NCBI GenBank assembly: GCA_001595945.1
Contig: LSSI01000089.1
Span: forward strand, 453 to 64,452
Length of the DNA stretch: 64,000 bases
From: Thermoplasmatales archaeon SM1-50
GTDB lineage: Archaea; Thermoplasmatota; E2; DHVEG-1
Direction: 5' to 3'
Made by a program: the position numbers and the translations under genes. Positions 19,235 to 29,539 of the stretch are shown here, in pieces. Below the pieces are notes generated by a model. The model had not been told where the DNA came from and searched no databases. It saw only the letters and a program-made list of their open reading frames with translations. Position 1 is the stretch's first letter. Every line of letters begins with the position of its first letter.

Positions 19235-20908
19235 TTATGTTATATTTCTGATAAAGACGATTATGAGTTTAGCTGTTGCTGTTTTTGTCACGCTTGGAGG
19301 CACTGCTTCGGAGCAACTCGCAGTTGCATAAAGAGTGATTTTTCCAAAACCGAAGATAAACCCGTCGGTGGTTACATTGATTTCTTGATTAATGGCAAGC
19401 GTAGGAATAACCGCTGTTTTTGTTTTGTTTACCCGTTTAAGCAATCCACCAGTAACAGTGATGAGCACACTAACATTCGTAGCGTTTGCAGAACCTATGT
19501 TTTTCACAGGGATGGATACCTTTCCTATCCCAGCAGCAGTGAAACTACCTAGCTCTAGGGTTGGGATTCCTATAGAAACTCTATCAAGGTAGACGTCTGC
19601 ATTCCCATTACGCATGTCTGTCCAAACAACAGTGCCATCTGTTGTAATATCCGTGTTTCTGTATTCACTTTGAACTAACCCAGTTTCATCATTGATTTTC
19701 TCTGGTGTACTCCATGTTTCCCCGATATTTTCTGTCTTAGCGTAGTACAAGTCACCATCCATGATAAATGTGCAAATCGCTTTGTCACCAAAGGTGACTA
19801 TCTTCGGGTATAGTTCATCATTTAGCCCATCAGTAACAAAACTCTTAAACCACGTTACCCCTGCATCAGAGGAGTAATAACAGACAATATCTTGGGAGCC
19901 TGCTTCATCTGATTGAGCGACAATGATGACCTTATTGTCATGGACATCAACCGCCGGATATGTCGTGTTTTGAACATCAGTAATGAAACCCTGACTGATG
20001 TACCTTATTTTATCGCTGCCATCATTAGTTGCATTTCCACGAATGAGAAGGAGATCCCAGTCGTCTTCAATGGAGTTGTAATTGTCAAATACAGCGTAAA
20101 AAAGACCGTTGGTTTGATCGATTTCAATTGCAGCGTTTTCACAACCAGGGTACGCAGAAAAATAACTACTCCAATGATTTCCTTCTGTAACATAGTTAGC
20201 ATAGTTGAAAATCGGCATGTCAACTGATCCGGGAGATCCACGGGTTCCAACGCAGGCGACGATACCATACCACCAGGAGATCCCATTGCCATCGTAACCA
20301 CCGATATCAGGTATTCTTCGATCTGAATATGGATAAGATTGTGCCCAGTTAACACTTTTATACGAATATGTTTCAGTGTCGGTGATATCAGTGCAGTAGA
20401 ATACGTGGTAATTTGCCCCGTCGTTAATATAGGGGTCTCCCATCATAGTGCCGACGCACTTTTTTCCAGTCCCCCAGTAATCGATAGCAGGATGTGATTC
20501 CTTTCCTTCAATTAGAGGATATTGTCCAGCGTTCCAGGTTTGTCCTTTGTCAAGAGAATAGGACCATATTACATTGTTTTCAGAACTCTCTATTACTTTG
20601 GTGTACGAAACCAGTAACTCGCCTGTGGGGACTACGCCAATCGCAGGATTATTTTCCGTTTCCATTGCAGTCGTGACTTGTATATCAGTGTCTAATCTCC
20701 CGGTATTTTGTACATTATTGAAATGTATTGTTTTCTGTGTTGTACTTTCGTGGAGTTCGTCATGCAATGGGGTTGAATTTTTTTCAATAACTAGTACAGT
20801 TTTTTTTGATGAGTCCTGTATTGTTCCAAGAACATTTACTGTTGGTATGATCAGTAATAGACATAGTACAATAGCCCCAAGATATATTCCTTTTTTTCTT
20901 CCTTTCAT
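19235..20908 (-). CDS. Secreted BNR/Asp-box repeat protein (sialidase-like beta-propeller)
   Basis: Probable start MKGRKKGIYLGAIVLCLLLII, a signal/TM segment. Asp-box repeats SLDKGQTWN, SSDAGVTWF and ENIGETWS. Confidence 0.55.
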   Translation of the reverse strand: MKGRKKGIYLGAIVLCLLLIIPTVNVLGTIQDSSKKTVLVIEKNSTPLHDELHESTTQKTIHFNNVQNTGRLDTDIQVTTAMETENNPAIGVVPTGELLVSYTKVIESSENNVIWSYSLDKGQTWNAGQYPLIEGKESHPAIDYWGTGKKCVGTMMGDPYINDGANYHVFYCTDITDTETYSYKSVNWAQSYPYSDRRIPDIGGYDGNGISWWYGIVACVGTRGSPGSVDMPIFNYANYVTEGNHWSSYFSAYPGCENAAIEIDQTNGLFYAVFDNYNSIEDDWDLLLIRGNATNDGSDKIRYISQGFITDVQNTTYPAVDVHDNKVIIVAQSDEAGSQDIVCYYSSDAGVTWFKSFVTDGLNDELYPKIVTFGDKAICTFIMDGDLYYAKTENIGETWSTPEKINDETGLVQSEYRNTDITTDGTVVWTDMRNGNADVYLDRVSIGIPTLELGSFTAAGIGKVSIPVKNIGSANATNVSVLITVTGGLLKRVNKTKTAVIPTLAINQEINVTTDGFIFGFGKITLYATASCSEAVPPSVTKTATAKLIIVFIRNIT

Positions 20909-21008
20909 AAAAATCCCTTTTATAATAAATAACAAGATGTTTATATATCTTATTACTCGATATTAATTTAAAATATCTCAAATTTTATTATTTTTTATAA
21001 GAATGTAC

Positions 21009-21017
21009 AAAAAAAAA
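21009..21017 (-). terminator. Oligo-T (A9 on plus strand) archaeal-type terminator after the M14 gene
   Basis: Nine consecutive A on the plus strand, which is T9 on the transcript strand, about 19 nt past the stop at 21036. Confidence 0.3.
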
Positions 21018-21035
21018 GAGGAAAAACAAGGGTTA

Positions 21036-23555
21036 TTATACTCCAATCACAAAGAACAAAAGAACTACGCCCGAAGCACTAGCCTGAGATGCTCCGACGT
21101 TCACTGCAATACCTGTTTTCCCAAGGCCGACAACAAAATCTCTTATAGTGATTGATGCCATGGGTTCAAGAGACGTAAGGGTCCCGATTTTTGTTTGTCC
21201 TATGAAAATCGTTTTTCCATCAAGGGTGATACTATAGCTGAGGTTTGATAGGGTTGTTGTTCCAATGTTTTTAACAACCATGGAAACGCCTATCCCGCCC
21301 TTTAGTGTTATCGTTATTGATGGGAGCTCTTGTTGAATGGTAAAGGTGCAGTTTTTTTCCGTCTCTACGTTACCTTGCTTGTCAACGGAATAAAAGCGTA
21401 CTGTGTGATTACCATTCGTTGAAACGATAAAAGGTGAAATATAGATGGTCCATCCACCGTTATCGAGTTTATACATCGTGTAATCTACACCTGATCCTTC
21501 ATCCGTGGCTGTTAAAGTGACAGTTACATCACTTACGTAAACGTTACCTTCTAGCTCTCCTGTAAGATTACAAATGGTCACAGGAGGTATCGTATCATTA
21601 CCAAGAGCTACAATGATCCGCTCAAGTGTACTAAAATCTCCCCATCCCCGCGCAGTGTTATGTCCTTTCACCTGGTAGTAGTATGTACCGTTTTCCTTTC
21701 CGGTGATATCATAGTAATGATTTGTAATGGAACTTGACAGTGTGGTTAACGTCTGAACTGTGGCAACAGGGGTAATATCATCAACATAGAATCCTTCTTG
21801 CAATGTGTATGAATCAGTGGTATATCTGAAACGAATAAAGAGCGATTCATCAGCGTAATTACTCAGATTGTACTCTTTATAGATCCAGTTGCTTGATGAT
21901 CCGGTGAAGACTTCTAAAACTTCATAGTGACGGCCATCGGGGCTTACTTCAACAAAAGCCATATCGTAATTATTCTCTATTGAGTACCAACACCAAAATG
22001 AAAGTTTCATTCCCGTGGTGATAGGTATTGGATATGCTGTTGTCATAGAAGAGAAATCCGAGTTCATGTAGCGGGATTTGTAACTATGGCTTCCTGAGTG
22101 GTATCTAGATGTTGAAAGGGCAAAGCCATCAAGCGTCCATAATCCCGATCCTGACTCTGCGTCATCTGTTTCTAGTGAAAGCCCGCTGAGTTCATCCAGC
22201 TGAAAATAATCAGGATTTGCATTAGGGTTCTTTTCTTGCCAGGAGACACGATAGGTGCCGTCAGAATCATTTGATAAATCATCAAGAATTGGTGGGACCA
22301 CACGGGGGACGACGGTATCACGGATGTTTTGTGCTTCTTGGATAAGATATATCGCTCCGTCGCAGTTTTCTTTACAAATCTGATCGAGATAACTTGCAGA
22401 TGGGTGGAACGTAGAACATGCTTCAATGGTGTAGGCAAAGGTCGTCCTACCGATTACATAATGACTATACCCGTACGCCCAATCGATTGTATCACCTGTG
22501 GTAGGATACAGGCCGTATGCTTGTTTGGGTGTATATGTGCCTGATCCGCTTTGTCGTGTGATCCGCAGGGCAATCTGTGTTCCCACAGCACTCATGTACG
22601 TATTGTCCGGTGTGGTGGATGGTGTATACCCCCATGGCCAGTACAATTCCTCTTGGTAGGTATGCCAGGATATTAACGCACAAATATCCTGATTTACGAA
22701 AAAGTTACGGATTGCCTGAATTTCTAGTTCCGAGGTAGGTCCTGGGCCACAATAGGTCTCATCGCTTGGGTGATGTGTTACAGACCCTGTGCCAATTGCT
22801 CCCCATGCGCCCTTTATATCACCATTACTTGATCCGTTATAATTCCTATTCAAATCAACACCATAGGTACCATATTGTGGGAAATAATGTCGATTCTTCC
22901 GCCAATCAATCCCCTGATCATGACAATAGTAATACCCGTCAGGGTTCACACATGGGACAATCCATATTCTTCGATTATTCACTAGATTAGTGATGGTGGA
23001 ATTCACACCATACAGAGAGGTCAGGTTATTAGCGATATGAAGACAGATCTCCACAGTTGGCCATTCACGGGCGTGATGAAGCCCCATATAAAACACACCG
23101 GGTTCTCCCTCATCGACACCGGGATTGTCTGTTATTTCCAAGCACCAGATCGTACGTCCTTCATAGCTTGTTCCAAGGCTAAAAAGACTGGTGATGCTTG
23201 AATAGTTGGTTGCAATACCTTGAAGGATGGTTTCAATCTGAGCGAACGTATGATACGACCCCATCAGTTCCATATGATACTTGTTCATATCTGCGATAAG
23301 AATACTGTAAGATATCTGAAGACTGGATAACTCCTCCAATCGATATCGAGGGATGATGATATCAATCCATTGACCTTGGTTAGCCGCAACAATTTCCACA
23401 TCCGCTGGGAGTGTCACATCTCCGTTTGTTATATCGATTCTGATGAGTGTGTTTACAGATGAAGAACTATTGTCAAACATTGACCCTGAGACAGAGAACG
23501 ATGTGCAAATAAGAAAAACCAATATTCCAAGACAATATATTTTTTGTTTTGTCAT
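21036..23555 (-). CDS. Secreted M14 zinc carboxypeptidase with C-terminal Ig-like/beta-sandwich domains
   Basis: Signal peptide. HHAREWPTVEIC (HxxE), VNPDGYYY, GVDLNRNY and SWHTY M14 motifs. About 400 aa of C-terminal extra domains. Confidence 0.85.
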   Translation of the reverse strand: MTKQKIYCLGILVFLICTSFSVSGSMFDNSSSSVNTLIRIDITNGDVTLPADVEIVAANQGQWIDIIIPRYRLEELSSLQISYSILIADMNKYHMELMGSYHTFAQIETILQGIATNYSSITSLFSLGTSYEGRTIWCLEITDNPGVDEGEPGVFYMGLHHAREWPTVEICLHIANNLTSLYGVNSTITNLVNNRRIWIVPCVNPDGYYYCHDQGIDWRKNRHYFPQYGTYGVDLNRNYNGSSNGDIKGAWGAIGTGSVTHHPSDETYCGPGPTSELEIQAIRNFFVNQDICALISWHTYQEELYWPWGYTPSTTPDNTYMSAVGTQIALRITRQSGSGTYTPKQAYGLYPTTGDTIDWAYGYSHYVIGRTTFAYTIEACSTFHPSASYLDQICKENCDGAIYLIQEAQNIRDTVVPRVVPPILDDLSNDSDGTYRVSWQEKNPNANPDYFQLDELSGLSLETDDAESGSGLWTLDGFALSTSRYHSGSHSYKSRYMNSDFSSMTTAYPIPITTGMKLSFWCWYSIENNYDMAFVEVSPDGRHYEVLEVFTGSSSNWIYKEYNLSNYADESLFIRFRYTTDSYTLQEGFYVDDITPVATVQTLTTLSSSITNHYYDITGKENGTYYYQVKGHNTARGWGDFSTLERIIVALGNDTIPPVTICNLTGELEGNVYVSDVTVTLTATDEGSGVDYTMYKLDNGGWTIYISPFIVSTNGNHTVRFYSVDKQGNVETEKNCTFTIQQELPSITITLKGGIGVSMVVKNIGTTTLSNLSYSITLDGKTIFIGQTKIGTLTSLEPMASITIRDFVVGLGKTGIAVNVGASQASASGVVLLFFVIGV

Positions 23556-23570
23556 CCTAGCACCTTCACG

Positions 23571-25463
23571 TTAGGCATATCCTCCAATTTTAAGACTGGG
23601 ATCACCAAGAAGGACAAACTCTTGAACTGTCTTACAGTCAAGTATCTCAAGCATCGGGGGAAACGTGGTAAGATAATCGATGAGCGACTGGGTGTGTGCC
23701 TCGCCAAGGATCGTGATATTATTCACCCCGTAATTTTTAAAGAACTGAGTATTGGCGTATCCTGAGAAGAACTGAACGCAGTCTGGAATGGAGTCATTGT
23801 TGTAATCTCCCTCAGCAAACCAGTCAAGACCCGTATATGCCATAGTCGCGATACTTCCTCCATTTTTAACACTAATAAGTTTCCATGCCCAGCATTCTGG
23901 TGCCCATTCACCAAGGAAGAATTTCCATTTAAAATATTGAAGTTGCTCTTGGATAATTCCTTTGAGAATGTTTAAAAGACTGGTGTTAAACTGTCCGTTA
24001 TGACACCCGCCGCATACCGTGACTGGGAGTTGTTCCCCGTTTGTCAGCTTCGGCATGTCTTTTACCTCCAATCCGTTAATCCAAGCACTATCGTTGTATG
24101 GCGGATGTGTAGACCATGACATAGGGTTACCATGCCCGTCGAAAAATAGGAATCCACAGCCCTTGTTTATCGCATCCATAACATCTTGAGGTCCGGTGAA
24201 GGTCCCGGTGGACGTCCAAAGTTTGACTCCTTCGAACCCTGTCATATATTCCAATGCGAGTTTGTTTTCCTCCTCACCTTCATACCAAGGATCTGTCGCG
24301 TTTGGTGCTGAATCCCCACCTACAACAACCATCCTGTTAAACCAGTCTTTCCCTACAGTATTGTTTTCATAGACCGTTATTTTATTTACAAGAGTTTTTA
24401 CCTGATTAACATTCTTACATGCAAGTCGTCCGATACAGACCTCAGGGTACATGTCCATGATGTCTTGCCGCTGGCTATTCCATTCAGCGAAAATACCGTT
24501 ATTATCCGAATCCCAACTAGAGAAGCTTCCGTTGCTATCATACAAATCTGCAAAATAGAGGTCAGAGAGGTAACTTCCCTCCCAGTTGTAACCATCATCA
24601 AGATGGGAATATCTTACGGGTACCCACCATTTTTCGTTTAACACCCCGCCATATCTTCCTCCGACCAAGAGTACGTATCTGGTTCCCCATTGGTCAAAGG
24701 CGTTCTTGATAAAATATTTCATCTCCTCAGCGCAATCCCGACCTTGCACTGGGAAATAGACACCATCGCAAATATCATTTCTGGTAACTAGTTTTGTTGT
24801 GATTCCTTTACTGATTTTGTGGTTAACCAATGGAAGCAGCGTCTCGGAGAAAGCCTTGGGAGCGATGATAATAAGTTTGTAGTCATCAACTGTTGATGTT
24901 TCGGTTTTTGGAAGCTCATAGGTAATCGAGAGATGTGCATTATCCCGGAAGAGGATGGAATTTTTCTCTGGATCGTACTGGATGGGAAAGCATCGAATGG
25001 TTACAAAAAGAACATGGTCTTGTCCGGAGAGTCCAGCACTTAGATGATAATCAAACAATTTATCGGGATAAAGTGAAGTGATTTCGTTTTCCTCTTGTGT
25101 GTATAGTATCTTCTTTCCATTTACACTAGTGACTGGATGTGGTGCAGTCAGTAATGTTTTTTCTAAAAGTTGTATTTGGGGTTCAGAGAACATCACATCA
25201 ACAGTCTTTATCTTGGTCCCAAACGGAAAGATATAGGTGTTGACTGATATAGGGAGCATTGGTGCGTTAGTTGTGTAGAGCCATGTATCTGCATTGTCAA
25301 TGCTTAAGACTGTTTGTCCTTCTCTAATGCTTATTTCTGGATAAGAAAAGATGATAGTTACTGTTTTTTCCATCAGTGTTTGTTTGGAATAAGTGACAGC
25401 TGCTGCTCCTAGTCCACTAAGGACCATAACCCCTACTATTAATAATGGTATTATTTTATTCAT
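23571..25463 (-). CDS. Secreted C25-like clan CD peptidase paralogue
   Basis: Signal peptide. Same block structure as 17250..19133, including identical YFPVQGRDCAEEMKYFIKNAFDQW and DLYFADLYDSNGSFSSWDSDNNGIFAEWNSQ segments. FLFFDGHGNP and VTVCGGCHNGQFN. Confidence 0.6.
   Translation of the reverse strand: MNKIIPLLIVGVMVLSGLGAAAVTYSKQTLMEKTVTIIFSYPEISIREGQTVLSIDNADTWLYTTNAPMLPISVNTYIFPFGTKIKTVDVMFSEPQIQLLEKTLLTAPHPVTSVNGKKILYTQEENEITSLYPDKLFDYHLSAGLSGQDHVLFVTIRCFPIQYDPEKNSILFRDNAHLSITYELPKTETSTVDDYKLIIIAPKAFSETLLPLVNHKISKGITTKLVTRNDICDGVYFPVQGRDCAEEMKYFIKNAFDQWGTRYVLLVGGRYGGVLNEKWWVPVRYSHLDDGYNWEGSYLSDLYFADLYDSNGSFSSWDSDNNGIFAEWNSQRQDIMDMYPEVCIGRLACKNVNQVKTLVNKITVYENNTVGKDWFNRMVVVGGDSAPNATDPWYEGEEENKLALEYMTGFEGVKLWTSTGTFTGPQDVMDAINKGCGFLFFDGHGNPMSWSTHPPYNDSAWINGLEVKDMPKLTNGEQLPVTVCGGCHNGQFNTSLLNILKGIIQEQLQYFKWKFFLGEWAPECWAWKLISVKNGGSIATMAYTGLDWFAEGDYNNDSIPDCVQFFSGYANTQFFKNYGVNNITILGEAHTQSLIDYLTTFPPMLEILDCKTVQEFVLLGDPSLKIGGYA
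24474..24759. repeat. Near-identical DNA tracts shared with paralogue at 18151..18429
   Basis: See partner feature. Two high-identity tracts separated by diverged sequence. Confidence 0.8.
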
Positions 25464-25771
25464 GATGTCTTTCCCCTACTTTGTTTTTTATTTATGTTTT
25501 AGCCCTTACTACCTGATATTACTTGGCATTAAGTAGTTTTATCATATTGAGCTAAGTGATGTAATGAGGGATCTATGAAGAATATCTTGAACAATTTTAG
25601 CATATGTTTTTTTCATAGTTATCCCCACGTATTCTTAATTATATAAATCTCTATTTAAAACTATCCTATGGGATGTTTCCTTGTATTTAAGAATGATTGC
25701 GTAAACATTTGAAAGATAAATGATAATGCTCCATAATGTTTATATCCTAAAATGCATAATAATACTGTAGA

Positions 25772-26335
25772 ATGACAAGGAAATACAACAGAAAAAGAGA
25801 ACTTGATTCCCTGAGAACTCAGTGGAGAAAAACCCATCGGACACTGAATGGGAGAATTATCCTGTACCCAGATAAACCTCCTGAGCATATCAATGCGAGG
25901 GGGAGTAAGTTGTATAATTGGTTCTGGCGAAAAATTCTGCGAGAAACCAAACCGCAGGAGATTCCTGCGATTGTTTCTGGCTTGCAGGATGCGATTCATG
26001 CGGAAAAAGACCCAAGGAAAATACAGATACTGCGGACCATGATCGGGATGGCAGAGGATGCGTACCAATTCAAACAGCTAGAGGATATTAAGGATGTCGA
26101 TTCAGAATTGCAGATTGAACATAAACCGATATTTAATCCTGAAGATGGAGTCATCTATCGGAGTGGAAATATCTACACAACTGATTATAACGAAGATGAA
26201 AGTGAGATTCTCATCCGTGATATTGAAGGAATTATCATTGATGTGTTATCTTCTGAGGAAATAGATAAGAAGCTATCACCATCCTTGGTTCGGAATAATA
26301 CCTACAAGAACTGGAACTATATGGAGAAAATTTAG
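25772..26335 (+). CDS. Hypothetical protein
   Basis: 187-aa ORF, charged and hydrophilic, no recognisable motif. Chosen over the overlapping antisense ORF 25661..26068. Confidence 0.3.
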   Translation: MTRKYNRKRELDSLRTQWRKTHRTLNGRIILYPDKPPEHINARGSKLYNWFWRKILRETKPQEIPAIVSGLQDAIHAEKDPRKIQILRTMIGMAEDAYQFKQLEDIKDVDSELQIEHKPIFNPEDGVIYRSGNIYTTDYNEDESEILIRDIEGIIIDVLSSEEIDKKLSPSLVRNNTYKNWNYMEKI

Positions 26336-26919
26336 ATTCGCCAACATATAATATAACGAGGAGAAGTTTTTTAAAAATTTTTTGTGATTATTTATAGTTT
26401 TTGTTTTATGTTACTATAATTTATTTCTCTGCAATAATCCATTGTCTGACCAGAAGTAAGTTTTATTGGTTTCATAGAATCATCAGTTATTATTACTTTT
26501 TTTAGAAGAATGCACTAATTGCTGTTTTTTTAAATAGAAAATTATAAATGCTGATACAAAATGTATTTTTGTAAGGTGATGTAGGAGAAAGGGGAAGATG
26601 AGATTGGTCATTACCGAGAAATGGGAGCAAACATTTTTTTATTTGGCGACGCTGTCACTTGTGTTTATCAGCGGTTTTTTTATTCGAGTCCTTGCTGGAT
26701 AATAACGCACCTTTTCTCTCACTTTTTTTATACAGATTTTCTATCGAGAAGTCTTGTCTCTGAGATGAACAAGGGAGGTGTTAAAAGTGAGTCAATTGGA
26801 AAAAATACAGTTGTTTCTTTTCCCTATCACTACTCATTATTCAAAGCAAGCAATGAAATCTAAAATATCATATCTTTTATAGAAGATAAATTATGAATAA
26901 AAAACTGAAGGGAATATAA

Positions 26920-27387
26920 TTAAAACTTGAATTCTTTTGTGTAGATTTTCTTGAAGATAAAACTCCTCACCTTCTTGAGATCCGAATCAAGATAGATCGC
27001 GCCGATTAACGCCTCTAAGGCATTTGCTAAGTTGGTACGGTTCTTTGCTCCATCCTGTTTACTCTCTCCTTTTCCAAGCAGTAAAAACTGGCCTATGTCA
27101 AGTTGTAATGCAACATCAGCAAGGACGTTATTGTTCACACCATTCGCACGTCTCCGTGTCAGCTCCCCTTCGGAAAAAAACTGATTACTTTGATACAACT
27201 TCTCGGCGATGATAAAATTCAGGATGCTGTCCCCCAGAAATTCTAATCGTTCGTTATATTCCACTGGCGTCTGAGCTTCAAACGCGTAGGTCTTATGGGT
27301 CAGTGCTGTGATAAGCAGCTGTTTATCTGAAAATGTATACCTAATGTGTTCTTCTAACGACGTAACCTTACTTTTCTTCATATACAA
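26920..27387 (-). CDS. rnc: Ribonuclease III catalytic-domain-only protein (Mini-III-like)
   Basis: RNase III signatures ERLEFLGDSILNFIIAEKLY and NLANALEALIGAIYLDSD. 155 aa, no dsRBD. Confidence 0.8.
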   Translation of the reverse strand: MYMKKSKVTSLEEHIRYTFSDKQLLITALTHKTYAFEAQTPVEYNERLEFLGDSILNFIIAEKLYQSNQFFSEGELTRRRANGVNNNVLADVALQLDIGQFLLLGKGESKQDGAKNRTNLANALEALIGAIYLDSDLKKVRSFIFKKIYTKEFKF

Positions 27388-27408
27388 CCTCTATTCTTAT
27401 TGTTTTTT

Positions 27409-29118
27409 TTATGAAATAAAGTCTTCAAGAGTTTTTGCTATTCTCTCATCATCAAACACGCTAAGGAATTCTTCTTTACTGTGAAACGGCCGACTAGCTA
27501 AAATCCTTATCGCTCGTTTCTTTCCTATACCAGGAACCGCCTCTAATGTCTCCCGAGGCACATTGTTGACATCTAGAGGGAATGGTACTGCGGTAAGTGA
27601 CCGATAACCGTACGCTACAATTTTCACGTCATAAAAACAATGTTTTGGAAAGACACCAGGGATACCAACAAGCAAAGGATAACTTCCAAGTTGTCGTGCA
27701 AATGTCAACTTTCCTTCATAGGCTTCCGTAAACACCTGTGTAAGAAGAGTCCCTTGTGGTGTCAGACGTTGGAGCATAGGCCTATCAATTGTTTGCCGTA
27801 CCTTTCGTTTGAACCGCTGAAATTCTGCCTTATGTTTTCTGATGTTCTTTTCACCAACCTTATACATTCGTGTACCAGGGATTAGGATGACTTGCCGAAG
27901 ATTGATTCGTCGGAGAAGCAGATTATCGTCATAGATCTTTTTCAGAAACTCGTAATCAAGAGCAAACGTGTTTTTTGTTTCACCATCAAGACCAAACACA
28001 AAATTAAGACCAGGGAGCAACTCTGGAAGTCCATTAGACCCTCTCTGAGCACCAATCTCATTAAACAGTTTAACAACCCCGAATACCTCCTCAGCTGTCG
28101 CCTTCAGATTATTCTTTTTGATAACCACAGGATCAACGCTTTCCACGCCTAGAGCCGCAACGTCACCTGGGGTATGGTACCGAATGATGCTTTTTGCGAT
28201 CTGGCGACATTCCTTCGGGTATCGTGCAATGATACCTGGGTTCGCATTGTCGATATGAAGTGTTTTCAAATCTGATGCAATGGTTCGAATTCCACGAAAC
28301 AACCGTTCAAGAGCCTCCGGATTTGGTTTGGGAAACTCAACTTCCCCGGCCCCTTTTGCTAGGTATGAGAAGATACAGGGTTGATTCCCGATACGAAAAT
28401 GACGTATTCCCACGTTATATAATGCAGCGATTTCATCACAGATTTCGTCGACAGCCCGGAAATGGGGGGCTCCTTTGTTAGGCTCGCTGCAAAAAGAGCA
28501 TCCACCTGTAATACTTCGTGAGCATCCACGGTATGTCTCGATTTCCGTAATGAGGTAGTCGGGGAAAAAAGGATGTTGCGTGACAATCACTGCTCCCCGT
28601 ACTGCAAAGTTTTTTGTGACATGAGGGCTTGTCCTACATACTGCTGGGTCTACTTTTTCCCTGTTGAGATTATTTTTTAATATGTCAGAAACAACGATAT
28701 CGCCGTCCCCTTTTGCTATAATGTCAAAAACCTGGTTAACGATATCAGTATTAGTGACCCGTTTCCCACCGGACATCCCAAATCCATACCATGCTGCAGG
28801 ACCACAAAGCAGTTTTATTGGTTTTGTAATATCACTTAGTAACAAGATGAGTTCATGGGGACTTGCAGGAAATCCAGAAAGATATCTCCCTGGGACTGCC
28901 ATCCCTGCGATAACGACAAGAACGTCAGATTGTGAGATAAAATGCTCCAGAGAACTGTTATTCCTAATTTGATCTATGGTGATATACGTAACAGTAGCAT
29001 GAGCATCGAAATCCCATACTGCTCCAGCTATATAACGAGGATAGGGACTTATGTATGGTGGGACACCAAGGCAGGTCGGCTCATCAATATACCCATCAAG
29101 TATTGTAACATGCAACAT
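27409..29118 (-). CDS. Radical SAM superfamily protein with C-terminal helix-hairpin-helix motif
   Basis: YRGCSRSITGGCSFCSE (C-x7-C-x2-C) cluster motif, glycine-rich SAM site region, and C-terminal HhH (LEAVPGIGKKRAIRILASRPF). 21 nt upstream of the RNase III gene on the same strand. Confidence 0.65.
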   Translation of the reverse strand: MLHVTILDGYIDEPTCLGVPPYISPYPRYIAGAVWDFDAHATVTYITIDQIRNNSSLEHFISQSDVLVVIAGMAVPGRYLSGFPASPHELILLLSDITKPIKLLCGPAAWYGFGMSGGKRVTNTDIVNQVFDIIAKGDGDIVVSDILKNNLNREKVDPAVCRTSPHVTKNFAVRGAVIVTQHPFFPDYLITEIETYRGCSRSITGGCSFCSEPNKGAPHFRAVDEICDEIAALYNVGIRHFRIGNQPCIFSYLAKGAGEVEFPKPNPEALERLFRGIRTIASDLKTLHIDNANPGIIARYPKECRQIAKSIIRYHTPGDVAALGVESVDPVVIKKNNLKATAEEVFGVVKLFNEIGAQRGSNGLPELLPGLNFVFGLDGETKNTFALDYEFLKKIYDDNLLLRRINLRQVILIPGTRMYKVGEKNIRKHKAEFQRFKRKVRQTIDRPMLQRLTPQGTLLTQVFTEAYEGKLTFARQLGSYPLLVGIPGVFPKHCFYDVKIVAYGYRSLTAVPFPLDVNNVPRETLEAVPGIGKKRAIRILASRPFHSKEEFLSVFDDERIAKTLEDFIS

Positions 29119-29284
29119 ACTTTTTATTGAAATATCTCCTCCATTTTAAAAACTTCGTTCTAAAGGAGGTACATAAGGTAAATGGCAACTGTCTATCCTG
29201 TATTGATATCTATCAGGTGCGTTAACAAGACAGATAACTTTATACCAGGAATCAATATTCCGCGTGAAAGATGGGTGAAGAGCC

Positions 29285-29527
29285 ATGATAAGCGCCTACA
29301 TCTTAATCAGTATGCAGCCAGGTAAAACCGATAAAGCAATCAAAGAGATGCGACAAATCGATAATGTCGCAAAGATATCCATTATCGCTGGTGAGTACGA
29401 TATCGTTGTTCGTGCACAGGTTAAAAATCTCGAAGAGTTATTAGATGTGACCGATAAGTTACAAACGATAGATGGTATTAATAAAACAACCACCCAAATC
29501 ATTGAAAAAGAAATCAGCCTGCAATGA
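29285..29527 (+). CDS. Stand-alone RAM (Lrp/AsnC C-terminal ligand-binding) domain protein
   Basis: 80 aa with a ferredoxin-like beta-alpha-beta-beta-alpha-beta pattern (SAYILISMQPGKTDKAIKEMRQIDNVAKISIIAGEYDIVV...), as in the AsnC effector domain. Confidence 0.55.
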   Translation: MISAYILISMQPGKTDKAIKEMRQIDNVAKISIIAGEYDIVVRAQVKNLEELLDVTDKLQTIDGINKTTTQIIEKEISLQ

Positions 29528-29539
29528 TGAGATAAAAAC

